A stretch of DNA of 64,000 nucleotides from Lepidodermella squamata (taxonomy: Eukaryota; Animalia; Gastrotricha), in the NCBI GenBank assembly GCA_047495785.1, contig JBLDXI010000026.1:62001-126000 (forward strand), read 5' to 3'. The notes below the pieces were generated by a model that saw only the letters and a list, made by a program, of their open reading frames with translations, was not told the DNA's origin and ran no database searches. A program made the translations under genes and the position numbers. Shown here in pieces: positions 1 through 13,898 of the stretch. The stretch's first letter is position 1, and every line of letters starts with the position of its first letter.

Positions 1-1196
1 ACACATTTTTGCACCGAGCGAGCGAGCGGCCGGCGCGTGTGCAGTTAATCAAGAGGCGGCGCGACATGATGCAGATATCTATTGAAAAATTCGATATATT
101 ACATATAATATAAAAGCGATGAGTTTCGAAAAAACCAAGCGCAATGAAGCCATATGCGAGAGAATGAGAGAAAGAGCAGGCGCGGCAAAACGTGTTAGCG
201 CCAGAGCTTTGTGACTGCGAACAAATTATTCGCGAGCGCGATCTACGCTCAGTATTATTAGATTGCTGGCTTTAGTTTTTTAGCGTGCTTCATACTACAG
301 TAATAACAAGAGAACCCGGGCGCGCGCGCTCGCGCTCACGGTGCAAAAATCGTCGTCGCTGATAAAAAGACACGCAAGTGCTCAACCGCGCGTGTATGTA
401 TTTTGTTATACAAGAGAGCAAATGTGAGCGATGTTTTTAGTTGTACTATCTAATAAATGAAGACAAGAAGAGACGGCGGCGCGATACACATATTACTATA
501 TACAGGGAAAAAACCACTTCGTATAATGGTTTAATGTGCGAAAAATTTATCGACCGTTCGGCTCTCTTTTTTGACAAAAGACTCGAGTAATAAATAGCGT
601 TTGGCGCCTCTTTTCTAGAGTTGCTCTCTCGCTTTAATATAATTACAAAAAACTTGTTTACCCTTCACTCACATGGGAATTCAGGGGGGCGCACAATGGA
701 AGTAGTGGTGGTCGCAGAAGGAGGCCGTAAAAAAACGCAAAAAATGTATACATTGGGGCGATCCATAGCGCAGAGCAAATAGTTGCAATAAAAAACCACT
801 AAGCCGTAAGTTGAAAAAACGTTCGCTCGGGGTAATACAGAATGAAATGATTTTGACCCCCAGGTATTTCCATTTGTAAAGCAAATAATGCTAATGCTCC
901 TATGAATTATTCACTAGAAAATCTGTTTTTTATTTCAATTATAATTAATTGAATTTGCTATCGTAGGTTTTCAATTGTAACCTCATTAAAGTCTTACCTA
1001 CTTTGTACAAGAAATATTCAGCTGCAAAAACCATCCGAAACTTCGTAAATATCTAAACGCTATACTAGAAAATATTTTACGATCTAAACTACACATTTTC
1101 TGCTAATTTAGGTGTTTTGATCTTTTTACTGTATTTGATTGCCCTTTCCACGGAAATTATGATGCAGTAATCGAAATGATGTGATGATTGACTTAC

Positions 1197-4100
1197 AGGC
1201 GAAAATGAACTCGGTGTTTTTGTTTGGTTCGAATTGAACGAAGAAGAGCTGAAGAAGCCGCTACTGTTGCTGGTTGCAGCCGGTAGGAGGCAGGTAGTCG
1301 AGAACGAAGTTGAGCCAATCAATGACTGATCGTGCTGTTGATGCGAATTGCTACCAGCAGGTGGTGGTGAATTATTCGTCGTAAAACCTCGCGCCGGATG
1401 AGTAGCTATTTCCACAACCGTAGTAGTAACGTGAACAGAGGCAGGCGAGCCACCAGGTAAGACTGCCGTAGATTTCACGGTAACTTGTTGTTGCTGCTGC
1501 TGCTGTTCACCAATCGACTTATTGCGGTCTCGCACCATTTGAGCAGCTGGATCTGCGGAGTTGATTAACGACTTGCGCGGCGGTTTTTCCGGAGGAACCG
1601 CCTTAACCGGCTTATCATTCGGCGTCGTCATCGTCGTCGGCGGCAAATTACCCGATGATGGAACGAGGTGCAGCGCCTGGCACGGCGCAACAGGCTGTAA
1701 ATAACGCGCAAGAATAAATAAACATCCACCTTAAAAAAGCAATAATAACAGAACAAAAAACCAAAAATATTATGTTCTTCTCTTGAACAGGTTCGATTTT
1801 AATAAGGGCGAATTTTTTGTTCACTAGCGGATAGGCATGCGCAAAGAAAATTTAAGTGCACATCAACTTGCGTTAGAGAGAAGAGAAAAAAGAATAAAAC
1901 CGCACCTATCTAGCACAGACGAAACAGATGAATAAATACGTAAAAAAATAAAACCGCGAAAAATTCGATGCGCCTCAAGGTGAGCTGACGCTGCTCTGTA
2001 ATAATAAACCGGTGGTATAGAAAAAACAAATGCTTTTTTGCCGGAAAAACTGAGCGGATTTTTTTATTATCATATCGAAACGCAAGACTAAGGCTAATTT
2101 TTCATCACTTTTAAGCTCGCGAGCTGCTGGAAAAAATATAATTGCTCACATACAGACGTGCGCCAATATGACGCCAGCTATTTTTTAGGTTTTTTGTTAT
2201 TAGCAACACACATCGCAAAAAACACTGCCGATTAATTTTATTACCGGTCGTTAATAGCCGTAAAATAATTTATGAAAATCACTGACGATAAATCATTCGA
2301 TAAGTTGACGCGAAATAAAATTCACAGACGACTAGCGGGGTTGAAAAAACACACACCCAATAATGCTTGAGTGTTATATTAAAAAGTTATTTGTGAAAGT
2401 GATCGATGAGTTTAAAGGTTGAGCAATGCGTCAATATGATTTCAAAATCCAATTTCATGACGAGCAATCAACTTACTGTTATCCAGAATTCGTTACAATT
2501 TTGGCTGCATTTCTGAGGGATCAATTAGTGGTTGATTAATATCTCAGTGAAGACATTCGCAAAATTGTTAATTTTAAAACCAGGCGGGGTTAGATCTAAG
2601 GAACAAGTCTTGCCTACCTTCTGTAATTACGGTGGAAAAAATCAATAGTAAAAATTAGCTTACACAAGGTTGCTTGCAGTGTTTAATGACAATTTCATAA
2701 CGGGTACAAGATTTTTTATGCATCGAGATAAGTATGCTAATTATTCCGCTGCGAAAAAAATTGCCAGTTGCTGAAAATGCAGCGTTGATTTTAGCGTAGC
2801 AGTCGTTTTATTGCCGAGATTTTAGCTAATGCTGGCAATAAAACTTCGAGTTAGGCGCCCTAGGGGGTCGAGCGCGGCGGCTTTATTACTAGGGGCCGCG
2901 GCTGGTCGTGCGCGAGGTCACGAAGAAGAGTAAGATTTTTCGAAAAACAAAATCTGATCGCGCGACGACGGCGGAAATGACAGAACGCGGCTGTAAATAA
3001 TAACAGCAACAACAATAAATATTATGCAAATAAATAGCCCATTTGTAAAACGATCACGACGTTTTGATGACAGCCAGCGCGCGCGCGGGATCGGTCACCA
3101 CTAATAACCCGCCGGCTACATAGGTATCACAAGGGCAGTAGAACAAAACAACTTCTATCGCGATACTATTTCTTGTTGCCATATTGTTTCGCGGCGCGTT
3201 TTGTTCGGCCGCGGCTCTTCCGGGCACTTGAATCACGGCCCAGCTTTGTATTATTCTATTTTTAACACGCGGCTGATCACGCGGGTTTTTAATAATGACC
3301 CGCGCAAAAGGAGTGTATATTGCACTAGGTAAACAGTACCTTGAGCCGATTGCGTATTCGAGCGAACAGCGAGGCGAACGACGATTTTTGTTTGCCCACA
3401 GCCGTCGTAGTTCTTGACGTATCCATTTTATTGCTGCTATTTGTATTGTTGCCACCTGTCGCTGTCGGCGGCGATAGCGGTGCTTGGTCGTTGTTCTTAG
3501 CCTTCTTATTACTGCTCTTACTCTTTTTCTTCTTCTTAGTCCGAGTCGGTGATGACGAGGGTGGTACTTCTATTGACTTTTCGGTTGTCACAACAGGTGG
3601 ATCGTTCATCACTCGTTGCTTTGCTTCGCCATTTTTGCTGATATCAGCATTAATTAATTGCTGATGATGATGTTGATGATGACCGCCAGACGCCACGGCG
3701 ACAGGTTCAAGAGTTGGGCTGTTATCATCGGTAACTACGCCATCGCTCGGCGTCTCATTCTACAATAAACAAAAAAATGGTTAGATGAGTATGAAAGGAG
3801 TTGGCGGTTTAAATAATATCCATAAATCCCAGCAATAGCTTGGCAAACTTTGAGCTTATCTATGGACTATAAAGGTAACCTTCATAACTGGTGAAAACGA
3901 ATTTCAGAATTTATTTCCATCAATTTTGAAGGTATACAATGCGAATAAAAAATCAAGGTAAATTAAATTAAATAAAAAATCATATAAACACTGAACCTAA
4001 TTCCACTGAAATTGATGACCAGGAAACTGAGGTAAATGACTAGTAAAAACCGAATTTTCACCTGATGGTAAAAGTATCGCAGAAATCGATCTCACAAAAG

Positions 4101-5541
4101 AGGAGGCCCTTTGTTGTAACGAAACAACCCAATCGAACAAGAAGGAGGCGCTGCTATTAGTTTCAAGGTGGATCACATTTTTATCTACCTTGGCTTGATC
4201 CTTATGCACACCAGCAACGAAACCGCGCAGCTAAATGGATTTTATCGACGTAGTTTCAGCCACAAAAGCAGGCTCTACCTCCCAACTACCGTCTGTTTAC
4301 TCAAAATTTAAAGCAAACAGATCACCTACGCGCACAAAAATAAATCCATTTTTTATCTACCTAATAGTTATGCATTTGTTATTATATAAAGCTTCACTTG
4401 GCCATTGTTTTTGTGGCGAGACATAAGGCTGGCAATACATCATAGATTCGCACTGCGGTGATTTCCTACGATTTTCTCTAAAATGAATCAATCGTTCGCT
4501 TTATTCAAGTGTAGTTGAAGGTTCTCGACATTAAAAGCACTGAAAAAAACAGGAAGGGAGGCTGTATTGATCTTCATTATATCGCTATGCCTTGCAAGTA
4601 TAAAAAACGGAAAGAACGAAGAAAAGGTGAATGAGACGTCAAGGTGGCCTTAAGCCCAATATCGGAAATCGCAAAAAAAACAAAGAAAACAAATAGAATA
4701 ATTCTTCAAGTTAGACGAGAGCCCTCTATTCGGGAAAAAGGTAGTTACAGAACCATAACCTTGGCCGTTTATTATGCAAAAAAGTGATCTAATTACATAA
4801 TCTGCATTAAGAAGCGTTTCCTCGTAGGCAAATATTGACATTGCTAGTAACGAAACAAATGGCTGAAGCCTTTTGACCGGCCATGGGGAAAAAATGCAGC
4901 TAATTTACCGATAAAATTCCGAGCCATAAAAAAACACAAGGTGGAATATAATCGTAAAATTTTTTATGATAATCGCCTTGGGTCACTATCGAGGGTGATG
5001 AAAAGTTGCCCGGTGGGAAAATATGCCCGCTATATCATAAATGTGCTAATATGGACGCGCAAAAAGGTGTCTAATAATCACTTTCATGTGTTTCATTTTT
5101 TCTTGGCGCCGCCATTGTTAAAATATACAGATTTTTTTACGACTATACAAGGGTGTATCAACCCCACGCACGCGTGCGCGATATCACTGCGCTGTCTATT
5201 ATCCAGCGGCACGAGTTTTTTATTACAGCTGGGGTATTACATGAGAGAGGTTCACAAGGCATTACAATTTATCTTCTCACCTTGCTCGAGCAACCTTATT
5301 ACACCGTGATAAACATCTTCCCTTGTTATTTGATGTTTCACCGCCAAGTAATAAAATACTACAACTTGGATTATGGAGCCCAAAAAAACCGAAAAATTTA
5401 GTGAAATCGGGAAATTACTTGATAACTGATTCCAGGGGCTGGTTCCAGTGCATCTTCGCTGTTATGGCGGCTTCGTATGACTAGCAAAACCGTTGTCGTC
5501 GTTGTTGTTGTTGTTGTTGCCGCAGCGATTTCGTCGGCCAT
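1197..5541 (-). CDS. Multi-exon low-complexity (S/T/P/Q/H-rich) protein, 5' part; exons 5541-5419, 3759-3340, 1694-1197; further exons expected to the left, not identified
   Basis: ATG at 5541; three phase-0 GT-AG junctions join ORFs 3325..3696 and 1089..1646 in one frame (MADEIAAATTT...SYQ|NETPSDG...RLK|PVAPC...SFSP|gtaagt). No recognisable domain. Confidence 0.7.
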
Positions 5542-8500
5542 TATTTGTTGAAATTTAATGGCCAAATTTGAGTTATTTTCCCACGCGAGTAACGTGAATC
5601 AGATACAGCTTGGTAGATGCTGCTTTTTCCTGGCCATATCTCCTAACAGGCCTCAATTTTATATAAAAATCTGTAATATGGCCTATATGAAGAATGAAAT
5701 TGAAGTTACTAATGGGGCGGAATTAGCCATAAATTATTAGGTAAATAACGATTTATAAGCTAATTCTCAAGTCATGAGAAGCCACGCCAAGTCAGCTTGA
5801 CCATATTATATTGTGAAACAACCCCCACTGGTGATTGTTATTGCCTTCAAATTTTCTACTCGTGTAACCATTGTTGATTCCGCGCTGTTTCTTTCAGCAG
5901 CAGCGCGATTCACAACGCAAATAATATCAAATCAGCAATGATTTTTGGTCTCATTCGAGGCCGAAAGGCCGCGCGCGGAATTCAGTGATGCGCGCGCATG
6001 AATCTTTTATAATGAACGTATTATATTATGGCCCCAAATTGTCGCAAAAATTTCACGTCGCGCGGGCCTTGTTGTCAGATTTATTTATTTACGCGATTGT
6101 TGGCCACGGGCGATGTCGCAAAATCATTGCTAATAGCAAAAATAAAACAACCAAAATTGGGGGAAGCCGGAATTCCACATTTTTTACGCGTTATCTCAAA
6201 TTAAACAGACCCAAGAGATACGTTTTTCTAAAAAAAACCGCAATTTAAGTGCGCATATTCTTTCCAAGATTTTATGCACATTGAGATGGCAGAACAAGTG
6301 GTATTTGAATCGAGGGTAAAAGCAAGCTGAGATGATCATTATGTTGCAAAAATATATTTATCAAGAGTGAAAACAAGCGTTTAAGAGGCGTGCGTGCCTC
6401 GTGTGTGCCTCGTCGCGCCCAAACAAGCGCAAAATAAAAACTTTTTGTCGCTTTCAATATTTCAATATATCGAATATTACTACGGCTAATAAATTTCGCG
6501 TTGACCAACACCATCGCGGCATTCAATCGCGAGGCACGCACAGATTTGCAACTGCTGGTGTTAGATTTTTTCCGCTTCAATAGGGTCGCATCAATGTATA
6601 GCTGTAATATATCGCCCCGCACCCGTCAAGTCTAAACAAATATGAAAAAGAATATCGCGCATCACAACATTAAGTGGGCCTCTTTACATAAGTCATTAAT
6701 AGGGCGCGGTTTTAATTCACCGAAAAATTTGTCCTCCGTAAACCTATACCAACTGACACGTAACTAAATATAACGCCTTTAATCGCATCAACTGGCTGCG
6801 CATGATATATGTATAATTAGCCGCGCGTCGGGTAATAAATTTTCTACAAATAATATAGAGCATACGTAATAGCATCCACCTTAAAAGTCGCGTGTCTGCG
6901 CTAAAAGAGCGTCTACAATTAGGAGGCAGGTGCGTCCTCAACTTTTTGGGTTCACGATGATAAACAACCTTGACACCCACCCCAAAAAGACGAATTTTTT
7001 TACAATGTTGTCAAAATAAGTCAAGCGTATCGAGCCAAACACTTGAGATTCCGCGCACGTGCTCAGCGTGTTGAATGTCTCACTTTGAGCACTGCTGATG
7101 GAAATATTTGTAGTAAACACGCACTGGAACTTCGGAAAAAATCAGTCAATCCACTTATATATTTATACGAGAGACTAATTGCACCTAAGATGGCAATTAA
7201 ACCTAAATTTTGAACGAAAAAGCTAAGGCAAGACTGAAGTAAATTTAAGCTGTGTCACAAACATTGCGCTATGAAATTTTAGCCACGTTTCCGGCTATTT
7301 CAATGCGAAAATAGCCTTTTCATAATTTTGTCACCTGATTTTCTATTTGCGCAACTGAAGGCGTTAAAATGGCTTTGAGGCTGTCAGATGAAAATAAATA
7401 AACAATTTTTCGACAATAATTAGTAATAATTAATGGCCGCGCGAAGAAATAAATATGACGCGGAAACGAAAATCGCGGCGCCAAAAACGTGTAAAATACT
7501 TGATAATAATTGCAGCTGCTACAAAAGCCTTTGTAAACTAAACATATTTTAATAATTTAACATGCGGTAGAGCGATTTTTGCGAGGTTTTTTTTTATATT
7601 TCTAGCCGGCTATTCTCGCACTCGATTTTTTGCCTGGAGACAATGAGCCCAGACACTATTGTCAAGCGCTAAAATTCGATTTCGAAGTGCGGTCAGCGGT
7701 TCATTATGGCCCTGTAATTCGATTGCCGGCTCAGTGCATATAGGAATCCTGCGCGCAATGAATCGGTGCAAAAAGTCAAAAAGTAGCGATTTGTATTAAT
7801 CCAGATTATAAATAATAACGTCTTTTGAACTTAACCACTTAATTAAAAAAAAATTGCGCAGGATACATGACTGATACCCCTGTCTGGAAATGATAAAATG
7901 ATATAAAAACTATATTATTGAAACCTCGCTAAATTGTCATTAGCCACGCGAAGCCTTAAAATGCGGCAGCTAAAAATAAAGCGCGCGTATTTTGTGTCTA
8001 ATAATTTCCGTTACGCATTGCTCAGGCCTGTTTTTCCGGCTCGCCCGTGCTCAGGCTGCCGAGACGCGATGATGACCACGCCCACTGAATGACCGACCGG
8101 GCGCGCTGAGCGGACGAATATAAATTCAGTAAGTATTTAAGTGAGCGCGCAATTTATTTAGTTTATAACATTTGTTGTCGCGAGCAGCACACTGTGCGGA
8201 TGCGGGCGCGGTCAGGAAAAACAATTAAACCGCAGAGAAATCGTCCAGAACCCAATTTATTGGCTAAAAAAGTTGTTTGTTCAGCAAAAAAAAAGTGAGA
8301 CGCCGGCTGTTTGGCACGGTCACAACGCGGAGCGCCCGGGTGCTCCCAGCGATCGATCGCCCGCTCAAGTGCACGCGCAAATTAGGCGCGCACGAATTAA
8401 CGCGCGATTGTTGTTATTATTTGCGCTCTAAAAGGCGGCCCTCCTCAAAAAATTATTATTGTATTTATTTATGCCGCAAATGTAAAAGAAAGTTGTTGAG

Positions 8501-10844
8501 AAGCCGCGGCATATGATCAATTGATCAGCCGGTGAACTACAGCAGGCGATCAACAACAATCATCTTGGATCAAATCCGCATAAAATAATAATAAAGCAAG
8601 AAAATATTAATCTTCGCCTATTAGCAGTAATGATTTCTCAAGTGAAAACAACAGGTGCATAATGTAAGCAAAACATTGAATACCGGAAATTCAAGCTAAA
8701 TTTTGCATTGCGTCCATTCGCCGATTTATGTCCCGAGAACAAGTGGATTATTATGAGCTGCGCAAAAAGAGTTGCTTTCCTTTTGTTGTTGCACCGCGCG
8801 ATTCGATACAGGTAGCAAACCGGCGATCAACAATATTTTGATGTGATAATTCCATTGTATTGCAACGCTATATTATGTTCTGAACACCGGGCGCCGGTCA
8901 GGGAGGCGAAAATAATGCGTATTAAGGTGGATATATTATATATCTCTGAAAAAAGAGAGCGGAATAATATCGTTACCGCCGAACAACAAAACATGATATC
9001 ATAATATTATTTTGCCGACTCGAGATGGACAGCGTAGTGATCGCCAGGGGCCAGAAAAAAGATGCGCCAATGCTGTTGTAACTTTGCGGGTAAGGATGAG
9101 GCAAAAAATAGCGGCGTATATAATATCATTCAATCCATGGCACGTGCATTCCGCTCGCCTGTCGTCCGCTAGGAAGCCGTGCTAGTTTTTTGGCCGTGTA
9201 TTAGAGTAGGAAAGGCTTCGCGTGCGATTTTATTATAACATAAGCGCGTATTATGCAATTTCTCTAATACAATAATGCATTGTACAAAGTTTTTACAAGG
9301 CACGTAGCAGAATCTCGTGTCGGTGGCGATTGTGGGGTTTTTTTCCGATCAGCAGCTTTTTCCTTCTCATCAGAGGCGCATTAAAGTGCGCTATGCCCAA
9401 TAATATAATGATGTGTGCGGGCACTCTTCGGCGCGCGCGGCTTATTATCCTATCAACGCGCTTGTTTTACGCGCGCGCAGAAAACAGGCACAACAACAAA
9501 CATGGCGCGTTTTATTATCCCTACAATAGCATCTCACTTTTTATTCCGCAACGCTGAACAACCGGCCGCTTTATAGCGATTATTCTATAAACATTGATTT
9601 TGTCGTCGAGCTGAATTGCGAAAGCTACTATTCCGAAGAATAAAAAATTAAGAAAACGCACTAGACGTTTTAAGAGCAGCACTCAATTTCGGAAAATGCG
9701 AAAAAAACGGAACAGCTGGAATAGGACAAAACAATAAATCATGGCCATATACCGCGCGTTGTTTTCGCATGCAAAACGCACTTGTTGCTAGGTCAAGCCC
9801 CGGCAGCTGGGCAAAAAATCTCGGAAGATAATGATCGCGAGGCATTCGATGAGAAATAGCAGACTTCATGCCCACCTATTATAGAAGGTTCAGAGGGCAT
9901 ATAAGCCTGGTATCTATTATTTTATTACCGCGAGTGTAAAATTATTACGCCGGGGAGCACTATTTATTACCTTGTTATTATGAGTCGATAACCGCAATAA
10001 CAGTATATATATAATAGCGGGCTCTAAAAACAATAATGTAAGTGCGGACTTAATGATGAGATGATCAGATGAAGAGACTCAATTGCTGAGACCCTCATTC
10101 GCGCAAATCACTTGGCGAGGTAATATCTGATCAAGACAGCAATATTAACGATATTATTCGAGAGGTATCTACCCCGGCCATCTGATTGCTATGTTTGGAC
10201 GTAACAAAATAAGTTCCATTTCGCTGTAGCGTATGATAGACGCGCCCATCTCGGCGCGCTTACACATACAACGAGGCGTTTTATATATGTATTATTGTTA
10301 TTGCAATATCATGTTAAAATGTTGTGTTCTTCTGTTTTACCGGCTCGGAATAATGATAATACTAGCCAAACACCGGTCGCTTTGCTTGCTGCTCTCGACG
10401 AGATCCGATTCGCTACGCCAAATAAAAGGCGCATCGCATTACTTTAAGGCGGATCTGTGTATCATCAACAGGTCTTCCCGGCCTTAGACGTCTAAGCAAA
10501 TAAGACAACAAACAAACGAAACACGCTTCATGTCGCCATTTTCTTCGATAATTTATTATCATTATTATTCATCACTTGGCTGTTTTTACAACACCAGAAG
10601 TAACGCCGCTGAGTGTTTTAATTAAAAAAGAAACAAAAACGAAAAAGCGCCGAGTTGTAGTAGACAAAAACACGCGGACGTTGCCACCTTAATAATGATG
10701 TAGACATTCTTACAATAAACAAATCGAGAGCATGCAGAAACATTTATTCAATTAGATTGACAGAAAATGATATAAAAACTCGCTCGTGATTTTCGCGGCG
10801 AAAATTAATTAAGGCGGCTCGTTGTTATCAAAGAAAAACAATCA

Positions 10845-11263
10845 TTACTCGATAGGAATAATAATGCTATCGGTGGTGACTAGCTTGTGATGGAGGACGA
10901 ACCGGGTGAATCGCCGGCACAGGCTAGTCTCGGCTTCGAATTCGTCAAACAGCAACCGGTGATTGAAAAACGCGTGCGAGAAAATGCGGTACACTCGGCG
11001 GCAGATCGAGCCAAGTTTCGACACGCTAGCCTCCTTAACGTTAACTCGGCTTGGGAAGTACTTTGAGCTATTCATTATGGCCGCAGCGCCATCAAGGGTG
11101 TGACGAATGTAGTCAATAGCCGAACACTGAAATTTTTAAAATATTAAGCTGGATTTCAAAAAAAACGAAATCTCACCTCTTTGGGCTGCTTGTGAGATGC
11201 GCATAAAAACTGCCACTGTTCGGTAGCCGACATTTGAGGGCATAATTGAGGATTGCATTCAGT
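10845..11263 (-). CDS. MOB4: MOB4/phocein, last two exons only (11263-11177, 11126-10845)
   Basis: Spliced translation [29 protein letters not shown]|[57 protein letters not shown] matches the conserved MOB4 C-terminal half. 5' exons not found. Confidence 0.9.
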
Positions 11264-11483
11264 CTGAAATGTCAAAAAATCATCGCACCATCGCACCATT
11301 TAACATCATCTCATAAGTAGGGAAGCTGTCGCGGTTTCTGCGATGGCAAAATTCAATGTCACCCAAAATTATCTCCCACAGCCGGAATATGGCAAGCCAC
11401 GTCCAGAGCAGGGTTGGTGTTGGGTGGTATTTTTAAATTTATTAAACTTGATATTATAGATTTTAAATATTTTGAATTTCCAG

Positions 11484-12229
11484 AAAAGTTCTTCCGGTTT
11501 ACTTCCCACGAAATAGCGTCGAAGCAAATTTATCCCTGTCATGCAACATCCCGGCAGATGACGGGTTCGGCGGTCCCCTCATCAAAGACCGCAACATTCC
11601 TATCAAAGTGTTAGTTCCTAATGTCGAGAACGAAGAATCAGGATCAGAAGATGAAGACGCTGAAGCGCAGAAACGACCAGCCATGGCTATGATCAATTTT
11701 TATGATCAATTTGATCAATTCGCCCTCAGAAATTTCACGACTTCAGAAAATTCGAAATAAACTCGCGCTAGGTGTTTTTGGCGGCAGTAGCCAAGCAGCT
11801 GGCAGCCCGCCGAAAAATAGCAGCAGCACCCGACCGCCGACCCCGAAATCTCGATCTTCAAACTCCTCCACGGCTAATTCGCCGCTGATGGATAAATCGC
11901 TGAAAACCGATTTAACGGCCCTTGTTGCGTCTGGGTTCCTATCAGTAGTCGGAACTGATCGGCTAGGCCGGCATGTTGTGTTGATGGTGGCGCGCCAGCT
12001 TGATTTGCAAAAATTCGACATCAACCAAGTGCTGCTGTACTTCGTCCGCGTGCTTGAGCCTGTTGTTTCAAGCTCATCTAACGGCTATATTTTCGCGTAT
12101 TTCCACACGTTGGCCGGCGATCGGGGCTTGACGCAGGAACAAGTCACTGCTCTGTTGAAAGCGCTGAACGACAACGACCCGCGCTATTTCGAAAAGTTGA
12201 GCTCGCTCTTTGTGCTTCATCTCGATTGA
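11484..12229 (+). pseudogene. GDAP2: GDAP2-like fragment (end of macro domain, linker, CRAL-TRIO/BCH domain), frameshifted and truncated
   Basis: KVLPVYFPRNSVEANLSLSCNIPADDGFGGPLIKDRNI resembles the GDAP2 LPLYFPR...PADIG...RQI segment; downstream GTDRLGRHVVLMVAR...LLYFVRVLEPVV...YFHT is CRAL-TRIO_2-like. A 22-nt duplication at 11698-11719 shifts the frame; stop after FVLHLD. Confidence 0.7.
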
Positions 12230-12479
12230 TTCTGGTGCTAATTTTATCAATCATTAATTTTACTAATTGAAGGATGATTTTTCAAAATAAATCAATTTTC
12301 TATTGCGCTGACTCATTTTATTTCGTCGTTTTTAAACCCGGTGTGGCGGTGAGCGGTGAATATTTTTTGCGTCCATATGACCTATATTGTAAAATGAGTT
12401 CAAACAGGGCTCGCAAAAAGTTCGCACGTTTCGCCTGAATTTTTCCCTTATATGGATATCCGAAATGAGGGAAAATATG

Positions 12480-12850
12480 TGACGGTTATCAAGTGAAAAG
12501 TGGGGTTTGGCGTATTTTCTGTAATTTCCGGCAAATTGCTAAGAGTGTGATGACTTGAAAAGGGACGATTCTCGAATTCTCAGATGATGTTCTTTCTCAA
12601 TTGTTTTTGATAATTTTGAATTGAAAAATTGCAGACCTCTAGGAGGATCCCATCTACCCCAAAAGACGAAAAGGACAAGTGTAGCCGAAAAGGCTTATCG
12701 ATTAAGTTGACGTGGAAGCACTAGTTTGATTGCATCAAATCTAGCAAGATTCCTCATCTCAGATTACCCCAAAGCTCGACTGTGCGTATGAAAATAACTT
12801 CAGAATTTATTGCGCAAACAAATATTAATTGATGCAATTAAAAACTAATT
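12480..12850 (+). repeat. Dispersed repeat; inverted copy at about 49000-49390
   Basis: Shared blocks AAGTGAAAAGTGGGGTTTGG, GATGACTTGAAA.GGAC, AAGTGTAGCC.AAAAGGCT.ATCGATT, GCACTAG.TTGATT.CATCAA are present in reverse complement at 49150-49380. Boundaries approximate. Confidence 0.65.
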
Positions 12851-12913
12851 TTTTTGAACGCCCATTTTTTGGAGATTAGCAATTTTTCACCCACTTTATC
12901 TTCAACTCCTTTC

Positions 12914-13533
12914 TATATCGTCGTTGGTGCGGCTGAAAGTCCCATCTCCATCAAAAATCGAATTTGGGTTTTTTCCAGTTTCTGCCTCAGTTTTTCACGC
13001 TGGTCAATAATATGAAAACCGCATTTCAAAATTCGCCAGGGATCAAAAGTTCTATCTCCACATTCGTGGATTTTTTTCCAGGTCATTCTTTTTCCATCAG
13101 AAGAAGTGCTATCTCCATAGCATGAGTTCGAATAGGGCACAAAAAGTGCTATGTGCATCACAAACATTAGGTATTCGATCACGACAAAAAATGGCGATGA
13201 CTCAGTGCGGTATGCCAAGTAAAAATAAGTCGGCAAAAATCGGCCAAAATGAATGCTTTCGCTAGGACCCGAACCACAACCTTAAAAAAACACGAACAAA
13301 ATAATGAAATAATCCACCAAAAAGTCCTAACTGCCGCAAATGTCCTTATTGTGCAATAACGATGCGTCACCGGTAAAAATGGTCGGCGCCATTCGATCCG
13401 CCGGGTTTAATTACCCCTATTTTTCACATCACTGACATTTTTTAGTGAAAATTTTGGAAATAAAGCTGTTTTTTCGATTTATCTCGAAATAAATTTTTTT
13501 GGAGATAGGACTTTTAGCCGCACCAACGATATA
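12914..13533. mobile_element. MITE-like element with ~40-bp imperfect terminal inverted repeats
   Basis: 12914-12958 TATATCGTCGTTGGTGCGGCTGAAAGTCCCATCTCC vs 13493-13533 GGAGATAGGACTTTTAGCCGCACCAACGATATA. Confidence 0.6.
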
Positions 13534-13898
13534 ATCGTTCGAGTCCGCTTTCATTGATCTTGAAAGCGGCACCTGTATATTTGTGACTCATCATAGAGCT
13601 TCACTTGCTCTATGAGAATCACATTCGATACTCGTTACTATTTTTGGACCATTTATGGCATAAATACATTGGAATAGCTAATGGAAATATGTGCACTTTC
13701 GATACCCCCTCATTTGGTCAAGATGAAAACTAGTCACCTGCAAAGATTAATTTGAATCATTTTACATTTCCCCTGAAATCGATTTGAGATATAAAAGATG
13801 GTAACAATACCATTATTCAGCAAGTGCGGTGTCACATAACTAAATTCGCTGAAGTGGAGGAAATTATCGTTCGAACTAAAAACATAAAGACTCATGTA

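Noticed and set aside
5-350. Imperfect inverted repeat ATTTTTGCACCG...CGGTGCAAAAAT
   Set aside because: Short, at the window edge, in CGCG-rich low-complexity DNA; no TSD can be assessed
5558-10487. Numerous 60-120 aa ORFs
   Set aside because: No domains, no consistent splice structure, composition of intergenic DNA
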